Positions 63,742 to 64,000 of a DNA stretch of 64,000 bases are shown here, piece by piece. A program made the position numbers and the translations under genes. Numbering within the stretch: position 1 is the first letter of the stretch; each line of letters starts with the position of its first letter. Source of the stretch: Lobosporangium transversale (lineage: Eukaryota); assembly GCF_002105155.1 (NCBI RefSeq), contig NW_019028981.1:744001-808000 (forward strand). The letters run 5' to 3'. The notes beneath the pieces were generated by a model, which saw only the letters and a list, made by a program, of their open reading frames with translations, made no database searches and was not told where the DNA came from.

Positions 63742-64000
63742 ATGGAGACTTTACGATATGATGCCTTGACCAACGTTAGCCATATTAGACCGCCAAGGCG
63801 TAGCAATCAATTCTCAATCCTTGCTCAGGCTTATTTTGGTCCCAATCATGTTCTGTTACATCAACTTCGAGCAGGACGTGGTCGCAAGGCTATGCAAATG
63901 TGGATGGATATCCTTGATACAGATCCTCAAGCTCTATCAGAGTCCCATCTGCTGCGCACTTGGGGTCTCCTCTACCAGCCTTCGCTGCCCTCTATTGTGC
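63742..64000 (+). CDS. Possible 5' end of an uncharacterised gene (runs off window)
   Basis: ATG at 63742 follows a pyrimidine-rich tract, and the frame stays open for 86 codons to the window end (METLRYDALTNVSHIRPPRR...). Confidence 0.4.
   Translation, partial: METLRYDALTNVSHIRPPRRSNQFSILAQAYFGPNHVLLHQLRAGRGRKAMQMWMDILDTDPQALSESHLLRTWGLLYQPSLPSIV

Overview
Eukaryotic, intron-rich fungal DNA with many long poly-A/T tracts. Gene content and protein style suggest an early-diverging fungus, probably Mortierellaceae/Mucoromycota (inference). About 14 spliced or single-exon host genes could be reconstructed by hand: MAK21/NOC1 (3' end runs off the window), ATP7, a Fic1/Inn1-like C2 protein, an MP88-like secreted Cys-rich protein, a Zn2Cys6 transcription factor, VMS1/ANKZF1, an hSSB1/NABP-like OB-fold protein, a ~2000-aa coiled-coil protein, a disordered S/Q/P protein, HMG-CoA reductase, a PQ-loop transporter, a SEL1-repeat protein, HOP2, NOT2 and VPS20. 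The intergenic spaces hold decayed mobile DNA that the ORF track fragments. The most notable is an intron-containing Fanzor (eukaryotic TnpB-like RNA-guided nuclease) pseudogene at about 10.3-11.4 kb, with a possible second, divergent Fanzor-like remnant on the opposite strand at about 8.4-8.9 kb. There is also a Tc1/mariner relic (~22.8-23.4 kb), a nearly full-length MULE/SWIM transposase pseudogene (53.3-55.8 kb) and other coding relics. No rRNA, convincing tRNA or CRISPR array was seen. All family calls rest on manual motif recognition, not database searches.
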